Of a DNA stretch of 64,000 nt, positions 24,226-36,592 are shown one piece after another (the first letter of the stretch is position 1; every line of letters begins with the position of its first letter). The notes beneath the pieces are model-generated. The model was given only the letters and a program-made list of their open reading frames with translations, searched no databases and was not told the origin of the DNA. This DNA is from Mobula hypostoma (taxonomy: Eukaryota). Position numbers and translations under genes: made by a program. Where the stretch lies: NCBI RefSeq assembly GCF_963921235.1, contig NC_086097.1, forward strand, positions 144,524,001 through 144,588,000, in the 5' to 3' direction.

Positions 24226-24318
24226 GTTGGATGATCAGCCATGATCATAATAAATGGCGGTGCAGGCTCGAAGGGCCGAATGGCCTACTCCTGCACCTAT
24301 TTTCTATGTTTCTATGTT
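21234..24318 (+). mobile_element. Young CR1 (HER1-like) LINE, truncated upstream of ORF2, with intact ORF2 and 3' UTR
   Basis: 7-bp TSD TACACTG at 21227-21233 and 24319-24325. Tail TTTTCTATGTTTCTATGTT. Contains the uninterrupted ORF below. Confidence 0.97.
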
Positions 24319-24619
24319 TACACTGGTTATCTCTCCTCTATCTTTCAATAGAGATGAAAGGTCACGACCCAAAATGTTGTCTGTCCATTTCCTTTCATAG
24401 ATGTTGCCTCGCTGACTGAGTTCCTCCAGCATCTTGTGTGTTGCTTCAGATTCCAGCATTTTCTGTCTCATGTGTCTTCACTGTTGCAACAATATAATGA
24501 AATAATGTCTGATTCAATTTTGTCCTCAAGACGTTTTTTCTCTTTTCCATATTCCTTGACTCTCCTGTAATTAAAATCTCACACTGACAATGTTTCTGTC
24601 TCCTACTTTCTAAGGTGGA

Positions 24620-25030
24620 AAATTCTAAAGAATGACAACTCTTCAAGAAAAGAAATTTCTCTTCATCTTTGTCTGAAATAGTCAATACTTTATTCTGAAA
24701 CTATTTTGCCTCCTTCTAGAAACCATTACAAGGGGAAGTATCTTTTAGGCTTCCGGCTTTTAGAATATTACATATAGCAATGAGGTCACCTCAACACCAA
24801 TAGGTAGAGGTCAACCTATTCAATCTCTCTTGACGTATCAATCTATAAAGTAGTGAATCATAAACCTAGTGAAATTCCTCTGCCCTGCTTCCAATGCAAG
24901 TGCACCCTTCATTAAATATGAGACCAAAATAACATACATTGTTCTAGAAGCTGTCTCACCAATATCCTAAAAATGTACACCAAAACTTTCCCACTTTCTT
25001 ACTTCATATTTATTAAAATAGAGACCAATG
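24620..25030 (-). mobile_element. Old degenerate CR1 3' fragment
   Basis: AAGAAATTTCTCTTCATCT, GAGGTCACCTC, AACCTATTCAATCTCTC and GAGACCAAAA are reverse-complement CR1 C-terminal landmarks. Confidence 0.6.
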
Positions 25031-25249
25031 AAACTGGCAGGAGACAGGCTTCCATGAAACTGTGCATCCCAGAGGAAACTGGTGTCAGTCATTAATTCGG
25101 CCAAAAATGACTGTGAGCTCTTCAGCCCTTTATGTAGTGCTCATATTCTGGATACGTCCACTGGAGCCTTCTCCTCCCATGAGCTGTTTGTCTAGTCAAA
25201 AACATAGAGCCAGGCCTTGTAGTTGTGAATTCAGGAAACATTTCTCCAT

Positions 25250-25540
25250 GCACAGTTGGTAGTGCAGCTGCTGCCTTTACATCAAATTACAACTCAGGTG
25301 ACTCAGGTTGAATCCTGCCTTCCAGCATTGCCTGTGTCGAGGTTACACATTGCCAATGTGTGTGTTTTGTTTGGGTTGTCCATAACACGTGGGTGAGTGG
25401 TAGAGTCTGGGGAGCTGATGGGAAAATAGATACAAACAATGGGTCTATGTAGGATCAGTGTAAAAATAAGTGCTTGATACTTGGCACAGACTTGCTGGGC
25501 CGAAGGGCCTGTTTCCATGGTGTGTTGTTCTATGATTCTG
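25250..25540 (+). mobile_element. HE1-like SINE with CR1-derived tail
   Basis: Head GCACAGTTGGTAGTGCAGCTGCTGCC. The tail GGGCCGAAGGGCCTGTTTCCATGG...TTCTATGATTCT is shared with CR1 3' ends. Confidence 0.7.
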
Positions 25541-25584
25541 CACAGGATTGGGTGAAAGTTGTATCTACTTATACAGAGATCCAG

Positions 25585-25800
25585 CATGGGATGAGGCCTT
25601 TCTGGCCCAATGTGTACTTACTGTCCAATTGCAACCATGTGACCAATTAATCCACAGCTTGTACGTCTTTGGAATGTGGGAGGAAGCCAATACGGTCACA
25701 AGGAGAAGCTATAAACTCCTTACAGATAGCAGCAGGATTGAATCTGGGTCACTAGTGTTGTAACAGCCTTACGTTAATCGCTAAGCTCCTGTGCTGCCCC
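25585..25800 (-). mobile_element. HE1-like SINE fragment
   Basis: GTACGTCTTTGGAATGTGGGAGGAAGCC...AAACTCCTTACAGATAGC...ATTGAATCTGGGTC (reverse core and B box). Confidence 0.65.
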
Positions 25801-26299
25801 ATTTGGAACCATCTTCTGCAAAGAGCAATTGATGCCAGGTGAACGGTTAAAATTGACAAACTTTTGAAAAAACAACACTATCAAGAATCTGGAAAAACGT
25901 CAGGCACAGGAAGTTGGTTCACAAACAAGCACTATCTCAGTGGACGATAGACAGGCTGAAGAGTCCACCTGACCTACTCCAACTTTTATGAATTGCTGGC
26001 AAGACAGACACACCCCAGAGTCTATAAGTGCTCAGGACAGGCAAGGAATTGTATCAAATTTACAAATTCCTGATATTTCCCTTCTGCTGTTTGCTTCTAT
26101 ACCTTGGGGATATTTTGCATAAATACCAATAAGCTTTTGATTTCCTATTTCATTTTCAATTTCCTAAAACTGAAAGAATGTTCCTCCTCCCATTTATGGC
26201 TCTAAATAAGTTGGTTAGGAACAGCAGTGCCAACTTCTCAACAATTTTAGTTTGAGGCCTCCTTTCCTGAGACCCAACATAGAAAACACTACAAACTGA

Positions 26300-26895
26300 G
26301 ATGTTATTTTGAAATTGCATAAGACGATGATGAGACCTAATCTGGAATGTTGCATGCAGTTTTAGTTACCGATATACAGGAAAGATGTAAACACGGTTGA
26401 AGGATTTCAGAGAAAACTTACAAGGATATTGCTGGGTCTGAAAGACCTAAGTTATAAGAAAAGATTGAGTGGGATGGACAGTATTCTTCAGAATGCAGAA
26501 GATGAGAGGAGATTTGATGGAGGTATACAAAAGCGTGAGAGGTATAGATAGGGTAAATACAAGCAGCCTTTTTCTCCGGAGGTGGGATGGGACTACAACC
26601 AGAGGTCATGGGTTAAATGTGAAAGGTGAGAGATTTAAAGGGAACATGAGGAAAAAATTCTTCACTCAAAGGGTCGGGAAAGTGTGGAATGAACTGCCAG
26701 CACATGGAGCATGTGAGCTCGATTTCAATGTTTAAGAGAAGTTTGGATGGGTACATAGGTAGTAGGGATATGGAGAGCTAGTGTCCTGGTGCAGGTCGAT
26801 GGGAGTAGGTAGTTTAACTGGTTTTGGTATGTACTAGATGGGCCGAGGAGTCTGTTTCTGTGCTGTACTTCTCAATAACTCTATCATTCTATGAC
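26300..26895 (+). mobile_element. CR1 3' fragment
   Basis: ORF 26469-26735 MRGDLMEVYK...TRGHGL...FFTQRV..VWNELP, with a CR1-type tail. Confidence 0.85.
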
Positions 26896-27156
26896 TTGCA
26901 CACATGCTCTCTCTCTCTCTCTCTCTCTCTCTTACACACACTCTCTGATCCTTTCATTCTCAGCAATAATGCACCCATTTTTATTGATCCTGCCCTTTTA
27001 ATCCTTGATATGTACGTAATCTATGGGATAACTCATTTTTTTCAAATTCCTTTCACCAATCCAGTTACCTAGAAGTCATTATGTCCAAAAGAAGGAAGCT
27101 AGATGGTAGCTGTCGTGTGTTTGGAGGAACGAGTGACTTTTAACCTGCAGTTACAA

Positions 27157-27393
27157 TTTTAGGGATAAGTTTTTTACGCAGAGAGTGGTGAGTGCGTGGA
27201 ATGGGCTGCTGGCGACGGTGGTGGAGGCAGGTACGATAGGGTCTTTTAAGAGACTCCTGGATAGGTACATGGAGCTTAGAAAAATAGAGAGCTATGGGCA
27301 ACCCTAGGTAATTTCTAAATTAAGTACACGTTCAGCATAGCATTGTGGGCCGAAGGATCAGTATTGTAATGTAGGTTTTCTATGTTTCTATGT
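27157..27393 (+). mobile_element. Short CR1 3' end (same subfamily as 55145-55420)
   Basis: CAGAGAGTGGTGAGTGCGTGGAATGG...GGAGCTTAGAAAAATAGAG...TTTTCTATGTTTCTATG. Possible TSD TTACAA at 27151-27156 and 27394-27399. Confidence 0.85.
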
Positions 27394-28359
27394 TTACAAA
27401 TCTTTGGAGTACTGAGGTTTTCCTTGCACTGTTGCAGTTGTATCATATGACAACCAAAATGGTAAGCTAGAAGAAGTTAGAAACTCCTGCATATCTTCTG
27501 CTGAGAAAGTTGAATTAGGAGTAGGTTGGGAAGGTATTGAACAGAAATCAAATTGTGATTAAATCTTTCATTCATTCTGATGGAAGACAATTGACATCAA
27601 ACGTTAACTCTGTTTCTTTGTCCACGGGTGTTGCCTGACTAGCTGACAATTTCCTACATTTTCTGTTTTTATTTCAAGTTTCTATTTTTAGCAGTTTTTT
27701 ATTTTTGATTCAAAGATATATCTCATTGCAAATTGATTCACACTAACTCATACATAACTTATACAAACATTTAAGCTACATATATACATGTTTCCATACA
27801 GATATGTAGCCACTCAAGCAGGAATGCTGATGCATAAATACACTAACATACTAAATTGCTAAAAGCATGATATGGATGCACAAAAATGTCTGCCATGTTC
27901 ATACAAGTATACTGCATGTCTTTTAGCACATACACAATTAGGCACACACATCTACCCTATGAATGTGTGAATTAGTCCATAAATCCAGTACACTCTGTCT
28001 CTACACACTGATTTGAAGATCAAGAAAGAACATTACTGTATGTACTTTCTTGGCATTTCTTCAAAGATTATTTCAAACTTTGACAGTTGTGATATAAAGT
28101 GTATTCTGATAGGTTGCATACCAGCCTGCTATGGCAACTGCTTTGCTGTTGACGGACATAAGCTGCAGTGAGAAGTAAACACTGCCCAGTCCTTCACAAG
28201 CTCATCACTTCCTCTCACTCGGTCATCTTCAGCGTGCGTTGCTTCTGGAAGGCTAGTATTTGGTATTGCCTTATTATTATTTGGTATTTGTTTATTATTA
28301 TCGCTTGTATCAAGATACAGCAAAAAGTTTGACTTGCATGCTGTTCATACAGACAACAA

Positions 28360-30026
28360 GGAGGTGCCACAGGAGGCAGAGGCTTTGACTGTCAAAACAT
28401 GGAGGTATCTTCACAAGCTCCTACAGCCCCAAAGACCCTGCAATTTCAGTCTCCGAGGCTGGTGTGAGAGCATCCTTCAGGAAGGTGAACCCACTGGAAG
28501 CATCTGACCCAGATGAGGTACCTAGCTCAGTTCTAAAGCCCTGTACTGATCAATTGGCTGGCGTGTTCACTGATATCTTTAACCTCTCGCTTCAGCAGTC
28601 TGAGGTACCCTCCTGCTTCAAACAGGCTTCAATTATACCAGTGCCTAAGAAGACTGTGGTGACCTGTCTCAGTGACTATCGTCCAACAGTACTTACATCC
28701 ACTGTGATGAAGTGCTTTGAGGAGTTAGTGATGAAACATATCAACTCCTGCCTGAGGAGCGGCTTGGATCCACTCCAATTTGCCTCCCATCACAACAGGC
28801 CAAGAGCAGACGCCATTCACTCAGCTTTGTAAAATGCACACATCAGGATATTCTTCCTTGAATATAGCTTGGCATTCAATGCTATCATCCCCTCAAAACT
28901 AATTAATGAGCTCCAAGACCTTGGCCTCAATACCTCCTTGTGCAACTGGATCTTTGAATTCCTCACTTGCAGATACCAGTCTGGATTGGCAATAACATTT
29001 ACTCCACAATCTCCATCAACACAGTTGAACCACAAAGCTGTGTGCTTTGTCCCCGGTCTACTTTGCTTTATATTTATGACTGTGAGGCTAAGCACAACTC
29101 TAATGATATATTTAAATTTGCCGAAGACTCCACTGTCATTGGTCGAATCAAAGGTGGTGTCTAATTGGCATAAAGGAGGAAAATTGAAAATCAGGCTGAG
29201 TGGTGCCACAGTAACCTCTCTCTCAATGTCAGCAAGATCAAGGATCCAATTATAGACTACAGAAGGAGGAATCTGGAGGTCCATGAGCCAATTCTCATTG
29301 GGGATTCAGAGGTGGAGAGGGTTAGCAACTTTAAATTCCTCGGTGTTAACATTTCAGAGGATCTCTCCTGGTCCAGCACATAAATGCCATTCCAAAGAAA
29401 GCATGGTTGTGCCTCAACTTTCTTGGAAGTTTGAAAAGATTCAGCATGTCATTTGAAACTTTGACAAACTTCTATAGATGAGCATTGGAGAGAACATCAG
29501 CTGATTACTTCATGGCGTGATATGGAAATGCAAATACCCTTGAATGGAAGAGCCTACAAAAAGAAATGGATATAGCCCATCTATCACGGGTAAAGCCTTC
29601 CTCTCCATTGAGCATATTTACATAGAGTGCTATTGCAGGGAAGCAGTATCCATCATCAGAGACCTCCACTATTTAGGCTATGCTCTCTTTTCTTCGCTGC
29701 CATCAGGAAAGAGGTACAGAAACCTGAAAACCCATACCTCCAGGTTCAGGGACAGTTATTACACTCAACTATCAGGCTCTTGAACCAGAGAGGTTCAATC
29801 CACTTCGCTCACCCCAACACTGAACAGTTCACATAACCTCTAGAATTACTTTCAAGGTCTTTTCCTCTCATGTCTCGATATTTATTGCTCATTTATTTAT
29901 TATTATTATTCTGCTTGTTTTTTTCTTTCTATTTACCATGAGGACCCATAAGAAAATGAATCTTAGGATTGTATATTGTGACATAATATGTACTTTGACA
30001 ATAAATTTAATTTGAACTTTGAACTT
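28360..30026 (+). mobile_element. Rex1/Babar-type LINE RT fragment, degenerate, inserted in an oppositely oriented Rex-type tail
   Basis: DQLAGVFTDIFNLSL...CFKQASIIPVPKK...DYRP..LTSTVMKCFE, KFAEDSTVIG and SLPSGKRYR. Ends AATAAATTTAATTTGAACTTTGAACTT. Confidence 0.88.
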
Positions 30027-30289
30027 ATAAATCATTACACAGGTAGAACCATGTAAAATATTATCAGTACGGAAGACAGAGTAATGGCTACAGAGAAAGT
30101 CCAGTGTGGATGAACAATAAAGTGCAAGATCATAATGAGGTAGATTGTGAGGTCAAAAGTCCATCTTGTGGTATAAGAGGTCAGTTCAAAAGTATGATAA
30201 CAGCATGTCAGAAGCTGTCCTTGAGCCTTTTGACTTTTGCCTCATGGGAGAGGGGTAAGAGAGGATGACCATCAGCATGGATTCCAGTC

Positions 30290-30660
30290 ACTGACCACTT
30301 TTTTTCCTCTCTTCTACCTTCTTGGAGAAGACAAAGACCCTGAAAGCCCAGGCATACAGGCATCTGAACAATGTCTTCCCCACTGCCTTCGGCATTCTGA
30401 ACATCACCCTCTTCACACCGCACTTCCCAGTGTTGCAGCCACGTTCTCGTACTGTTAACTTTACCTCTCTTGCTGAGCTCATTACTGTCTCTTTAGCATT
30501 TCAAATTGCAATACTGCAGTTTTCACTACAATCTTCGCACCATTCTGCGGTTTTGCACTTGATGTTATATTTATTGTTGTACGAATTATTACCATTTCAT
30601 GCAAACAAGGAATTTCTTAGCACCCTTGTGTATATGACGATCTAATCTAATCTAATCTAA
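30290..30660 (+). mobile_element. Rex1/Babar-type 3' end with (TCTAA)n tail
   Basis: CTACCTTCTTGGAGAAGACAAAGACCCTGAAAGC...TTCCCCACTGCC resembles the LPSGRR/SFFP segment. TCTAA x4 at 30640-30660. Confidence 0.6.
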
Positions 30661-32119
30661 TGGTCACTGTTACGCAGTATAATGTACTTGCCTCACTAAA
30701 TAAAGGTAGGACTCTGCACCGGTTTACTTTGGGGGCTGCAAGTTATTACAGAGCTGATTTAGCACAATCCAAACATTACATTACTCATTGTTTCCAACCG
30801 ACACTGCCAAGTCCATATGTTCTTGTTTTTGTTTATGAGGCTCTGCTAGTCTCTCCATACAGCACTCTCCCTAAGACATTCCTTATTCATTATCCTGCAA
30901 TATCACGGCAGACGTGCACAATGGAAAGTCTGACTCATGGCATCTTGAGTGGTGCAGCTGGCTGCTACACCAACCCCAGCCACAAGCTTTTGTTCATTTG
31001 CATTTTAACTTACGCAGTGACAGTGAAGGTTTCACCCAGTGTCCATGCAAAAGATGCACTTGCCACCCAGATGTGGTCCACTGGGTTATGTCAAACGCCG
31101 CTCAGACCCTGGGGAAGCAATTCGAGATGTTAACCTTGAACTATCAGGTCAATGCAAGGAATTGCTCATCACTTTGAAGGGGAAAGCAGGTAAAATGTCC
31201 ACTGCTGTGAAGCAAATAATCCAGAGTCGGGGACATTTTGCAGAGGATCCTCCTCCTCCTTTCTTTCTAATCCTCCCCACTATCTGGCATCTGCCTCCCT
31301 CTTGAAAAGTTCATTTCGGTGTCCCTTCCACTTTGTGATATCCCTTCCACCCATTCAATTCAGGCTCACATCCCTCTTCTAAATGAGGTATGAGTGATCC
31401 GACTGTCGATCGCCCGAGGAAGAAACCTCCGTGCCAATCTCTGAAACAAGAGAGCTGTTGTTTTTTGTTGCACAATTTCTTTTTGCACTCTTCATTCATA
31501 TTCAGGCTGCAGTCTTATGTCATTGTGCAAATTGTATGATTTAAATCCAAGTGCGACAATGGAGAGGTAGTTTCTCAAGTTTTAGTGTCAAGGTCTACAT
31601 GAGGTTTAGAGCTTATGGGTAGCATGTTGAAGTTAAAAATCTCCAGTACTATTTTGCACACTTTTCCAATACACATCAAGTAGAATCCTGGAATTACTAG
31701 AGCTCAGTCGTTGAACTTTCAATCCTGTCAGTAAGTCAAGATTCAAATTCCATTCTGGAGAGACTAGGCTGATGCTTCGATGTAGTACTGGGAGTGTGTT
31801 GCTTTATGGAAGGTGTGCCTCCCAGATGAGATATTAAACTGTGATCGTGTAAATGTACAGAATTATTTCTAATCTTTCAGACTAAAATGTCTAAATGTCC
31901 ATTGTCCACTGTTTATTGCTTCTCACTATTAATAAATTCTCAACCTCCTTTACCAGCACCCCATCCATCGTGCTAAGCATGTATTCCCTTGATCATAGGT
32001 GGCCTCTGGATGAGATATGTACCATCAATAAAATATACAAAATAACTACCTAAACTGCTCTGACAGATTCTCCCAAGCCCACGGCCACCATGATAATGAG
32101 GGAAATGTGCAGCAGATGC

Positions 32120-32390
32120 ATAGAAATACATAGAAGAAAGCACAGTACAGCACAGTTCAGGCATTTTGGCCCATGATGTTGTGCTGATCATATACTCTAC
32201 TCCACAATCAATCTAATATAACAATCTCCTACATACCCCACTACTCTCCAGTTTTCCTTCATCCATGTGCCTATCCATTAACTGTCCCTAATGTATTAGC
32301 CTCAACCATGCCCCTGCAGTGCATTCCAGACACTTACAAAAATACCGACTTCTAAAGTCTTCTCTAAACCTTCCTCCACTCACATTAAGT
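32120..32390 (-). mobile_element. CR1 3' fragment
   Basis: ATAGAAATACATAGAAG...GTACAGCACAG...GGCCCATGATGTTGTGC...GCATTCCAG (reverse CR1 tail). Confidence 0.7.
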
Positions 32391-32659
32391 CACTACTTAC
32401 AGGTTCCTCTCCAAATCACTTGCTTGGAAGTATCTTAATGTTGAGCCTAAATCCTGACACTTCCTCCCCAGCTGCACTGTGAGACTACACTCACTGGAGG
32501 AGCTGTGGTGTTTCAGGGAGAGCTCTCAGCATCAGTCAAAGGAAAGGGGGGACTGCTGACAAGAGAAGTGATGCTTGTGTCCCAAAACAGTAAATACATT
32601 TTTAATGAGCAACTCAGAGTGTATCCCACCTGTGTTTTACAGAGATTAGTCTCACACAG

Positions 32660-33960
32660 TCATCAGGTTACACAGCCTGGAATCAGTTCCTTTGGTCCAA
32701 CTCACTTGTGCTGACCACAGGATCTACCTGAGCTAGTCCCATTTGTCTGTTTTTCACCACGTCTGCTAGCCTTTCCTTCTATCTGTCCAAATTTTTCTCA
32801 AGATACCCCACTTTCCAATTTCCTCTAGCAGCTTATACCATATGCACATCAGTGTCTGAGTGAAAAACATGTCCTTCGCACTCCCTTTTAATCTTTTCCC
32901 AGATACCGTAAACCCAGGACCTCCAGGTTTAGATTATCCTACCCTGGGAAAGACTGTGATTATCCACCCTCTGTAACCTCCTTCCCCCCCACCCCACCAT
33001 TGTTTTAGAATGCTCTATTAGGTCTCCCTTCAACCTCTTTCACTCCAGGGAAAACAGTTCCAACCTATCCAAACTCTCCTCATTGACCAAACTTCCAATC
33101 CAGGCAATATCCATGTAAATCGTTGTTTGTACTGTCACTAATCTAAATAATTCTTCCTGTGGCACAACAGCTAGAATGGCACACAATACGCCAAGTGCAG
33201 TTTCACCAACTTCTCACATACTGTACCTAAATCCAGCTTCTGGCTTTCACATTTGGCTTAGCTACTATGCCCGGCAGCACCATTTCTACTGACAGCAGGG
33301 GCAGAGGCAGGTTACTGGCGCCTTAAAACCAGTCACTTCAGCCAGATGGGGCTCGTCAGCCATGGTTGGCAGCTCATCTAGGAGAAGGAGAACTCTGATC
33401 TCCAACCTCCGCTGTCTTGCTGCTATAAGCACTCAAGGGGAAGGCTTTGGGAATAAACCCCAAGGGAAAAACCTGGAGCCTGAGTCCCTAAGGTAGCCCT
33501 ATGTTGAGTTCAATGCTGACTGGCAACTCCTGCAATGCTCTGGTACCAGACTGTGTTGGTCTCTGCTGTTCTTTTGGGTTTGTCAGATGTGTGGAGAGGA
33601 GGAGCTTACTCTATGGAGTAACAGCTTGCTCTCCATATCGTACTGCTCTGGCTTACGTATCTAACAGCTAGGACACAATATCCATGGTTAACGCTGAGCA
33701 ATGGAGGCCCTCACCTCACCTCATACTGTATGCCTTCCTTACCGCCCTGCCTTAACTGTACATTTTCAGGGAACTAATAAGTTATACCTCATGTTTTACT
33801 GTTCTACAACATCCCGCAGGGCTGTCCCACTCACTGTGTATGTTCTGTCCTGGTTTAACTTCCTAAAATGCATCATTTTGTATTTGTCAATTTTAAGTTC
33901 CATCTGAAACTCTCTTGCCCACTTTCCCAGTTGTTCTAGATCCAGTTGTAACTGTACCAT
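32660..33960 (-). mobile_element. Degenerate CR1 3' fragment split by the insertion at 33226-33721
   Basis: Reverse CR1 landmarks ACTCCAGGGAAAACAG, CAATCCAGGCAATATCC, CACAATACGCCAAGTGC and AAATGCATCATTTTG. Confidence 0.7.
33226..33721 (+). mobile_element. Non-coding RTE-related retroposon (bipartite SINE-like) with (CCTCA)n tail
   Basis: 9-bp TSD CATACTGTA at 33217-33225 and 33722-33730. Internal GGTTGGCAGCTCATCTAGGAGAAGGAGAACTCTGATC resembles RTE 5' UTRs. No pol III boxes seen. Confidence 0.75.
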
Positions 33961-33989
33961 CCAGTAGCACTTATATCCACTGTGATGAT

Positions 33990-35295
33990 GTGCTTTGAGC
34001 CGGAGGTCCTTGAGCCAGTTCTCATTAAGGGTTTGGAGGTGAAGAAGATCGGTAACTTTAAATTACTTGGCGTTATCATATCAGAGAATTGGTCCTGGGA
34101 CCATCACAAAGAAGACATAACAGCACCTCTATTATGTGATACCTCTATGTGATAGCACATAACAGTGCTATCATGTTTGCTGTTGTGTGCTGGGGCAGCA
34201 GGCTGAGGGTAGTAGATACCAACAGAATCAACAAATTCATTCGTAAGGCCAGTGATGTTGTGGGGATGGAACTAGACTCTCTGATGGTGGTGTCTGAAAA
34301 GAGGATGCTGTCCAAGTTGCATGCCATCTTGGACAATGTCTCCCATCCACTACATAATGTACTGGTTGGGCACAGGAGTACATTCAGCCAGAGACTCATT
34401 GCACCGAGATGCAACACTGAGCGTCATAGGAAGTCATTCCTGCCTGTGGCCATCAAACTTTACAACTCCTCTCTTGGAGGGTCAGACACCCTGAGTTAAT
34501 AGGCTGGTCCTGGACCTATTTCCTGGCATAATTTACATATTACTATTTAATTATTTATGGTTTTATTACTATTTAATTATTTGTGGTGCAACTGTAACGA
34601 AAACCAATTTCCCTTGGGATCAATAAAGTATGACCATGACTATGACTAATCTCTTAGAAGTTTGTGTAAATCCAGCATGTAATCTAAAACTTCGACAAAC
34701 ATCCAGAGATGCACAATGGAAAGTATCCTAACTGGGTGCATCACAGCTTGGCATGGAAGCACCAGTGCCCAGGGGTGGAAAAGTGATAGATACAGCCGAG
34801 TCCATCATAAGAAAAACCGTCGCCCACCATTGAGCACATTTACATTTACATTTTCATTTACATTGTTTCAAGAAAGCAGCATCCATTATCAAGGACCCCC
34901 ACCATCCAGGCCATAATCTCTTCTTGATACAATCATCAGGTAGGAGGTACAGGAGCCTTAGATCCCACACCACCAGGTTCAGGAACAGTTATTACGCAAC
35001 AAGATCAGGCTCTTGAACCATCATGGATAACTTCAGTAACCTCAGTGCTGAACTGATCCTACAACCTACAGCCTCACGTTGCAACTCATGAGTCTACAAC
35101 TCATATTCTCAGTATTATTTTTATTTACACTATTTGCCTTCTTTTGCACACTTTTGTCAGTCTTTATGTATAGTTTTTTCATAAATTCTATTAATTTCTT
35201 AATTTTCTTGTAAATGCCTACAAGACAATGAATCTCAATGTAGCATATGATAACATATACACGCTTTGACAATAAATTTACTTTGACTTTGACTT
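33990..35295 (+). mobile_element. Rex1/Babar-type 3' fragment containing a nested 3' end of a second Rex-like family (~34132-34647)
   Basis: Outer element: ESILTGCITAWHG and tail AATAAATTTACTTTGACTTTGACTT. Inner element: ORF 34149-34499 FAVVCWG...HPLH...RKSFLPVAIKLYN and tail CAATAAAGTATGACCATGACTATGACT. Confidence 0.85.
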
Positions 35296-35299
35296 AAAG

Positions 35300-35660
35300 A
35301 ACCCTCTTCATTGTCTATCAAATCACCAAATTTGCTGTCATCATGCCACCTGCATTTTCATCCAAGTCATTAATCTAAATGACAAACAATCGCACCGCTT
35401 CATCTGACAAACACTTGTCACTACCGTCCTCTGACTCCTACCACCAAGCCAATTCTGTATCCCTGTTTAGCTCAGAATCTGAATCCCTAGAACCCATGTG
35501 ATCCAAACTTCTGGACCAGTAACCAATTGGGACCTTGGCAAAGGCTTTCTGAAGGCTAAAAATTTTTTTACAACAAGTCTAAACTTTCTAAACAGCTACT
35601 GCCTTGCGTCCATTGGTCCTATTGGTCACCTCTTCAAAAAACAGAATCAAATTTGTGAAA
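35300..35660 (-). mobile_element. Degenerate CR1 RT fragment
   Basis: GGACCTTGGCAAAGGCTTTCTGAAG (reverse FQKAF.KV) and GTCACCTCTTCAAAAAA (reverse FFEEVT). Confidence 0.65.
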
Positions 35661-36592
35661 TAAGACTGAGGTGACAAGCTTAGTCAAGAACAAAATAGAA
35701 AAGTATGTAAAGCTAGAATCAAGTAGAGCCCTGGAGGATTATAAAGAAGCCAGAAAAGAACCCAAGAAGAGAATTAGGGAAGCTAGGAGGAGACATGAAA
35801 AGGCCTTGGCAGGTAGGATTAAAGCGGATCCCAAGGCATTCTATACATACGTTAAAAACAAGAGCATAATTAGAGAGAGGGTAGGACCACTCAAGGACAA
35901 AGGGGGGAACATTGGCTTAGATGCGGAGGATATGGGTGAAGTCCTTAATGAGTACTTTACATTGGTACTAACCAAGGAGAAAGGTGAGGAGGGTAGGGAG
36001 ATCAGTGCCAAGAGTATTAATACGCTAGGGCATTTTGAGGTAAAGGAGGAGGTAGTATCTGATCTCTTAAAGAGCATTAAGGTGGATAAGTCTCCAGGGG
36101 TTGATGGAATATATGTAACCCTGGCTGTTGAGAAAAGCAAGGGAGGAGATTGTTGGGGCCTTGACCAATATCTTTATGTCCTCTCTAGAAATGGGTGAAG
36201 TTCCATAGGACTGGTGAGTAGCTAATGCTGTTCAATTATTCAAGAAGGAATCTAGGATAATGTTGGAAACTATAGACCACTGAGTCTCACATCAATGGTA
36301 GGAAAGTTACTGGAGAGAATTCTTAGAGAAAGGATTTATGAACTAGTATGACTTTGTCTGGGGCGAGTTGTTTGCATTTTTTGATGAGGTGACAAGGGTG
36401 ATTGCTGAAGATAGGGTTGTGGATGCCGTGATTTTAGTCAGGCATTTGGCCTATTCAATGTTTATAGTGAGAAGATTCTAAGAGAAATAAGCAGTATTCC
36501 AGGCATGATGAATGGTGGGTATAATTTGATCAGCCTATGATATGCAGACGAGACGGTGCTGATAGTTACATCTAAAGTGAAGCTCCAAGAAG

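Larger units (their letters stand above)
21030..24480 (+). mobile_element. Old Penelope pLTR/3' remnant split by the CR1 insertion (pieces ~21030-21233 and 24326-24480)
   Basis: Pyrimidine-rich tract before the CR1. After it come GATGAAAGGTCACGACCCAAAATGTTG...CTGAGTTCCTCCAGCATCTTGTGTGTTGC. Confidence 0.6.

Noticed and set aside
33226..33312. Twister ribozyme call from GCCCGG and a purine-rich downstream run
   Set aside because: The GCCGGUCCCAAGCCCGG-type core cannot be fitted. Kept only as a hypothesis in the findings.
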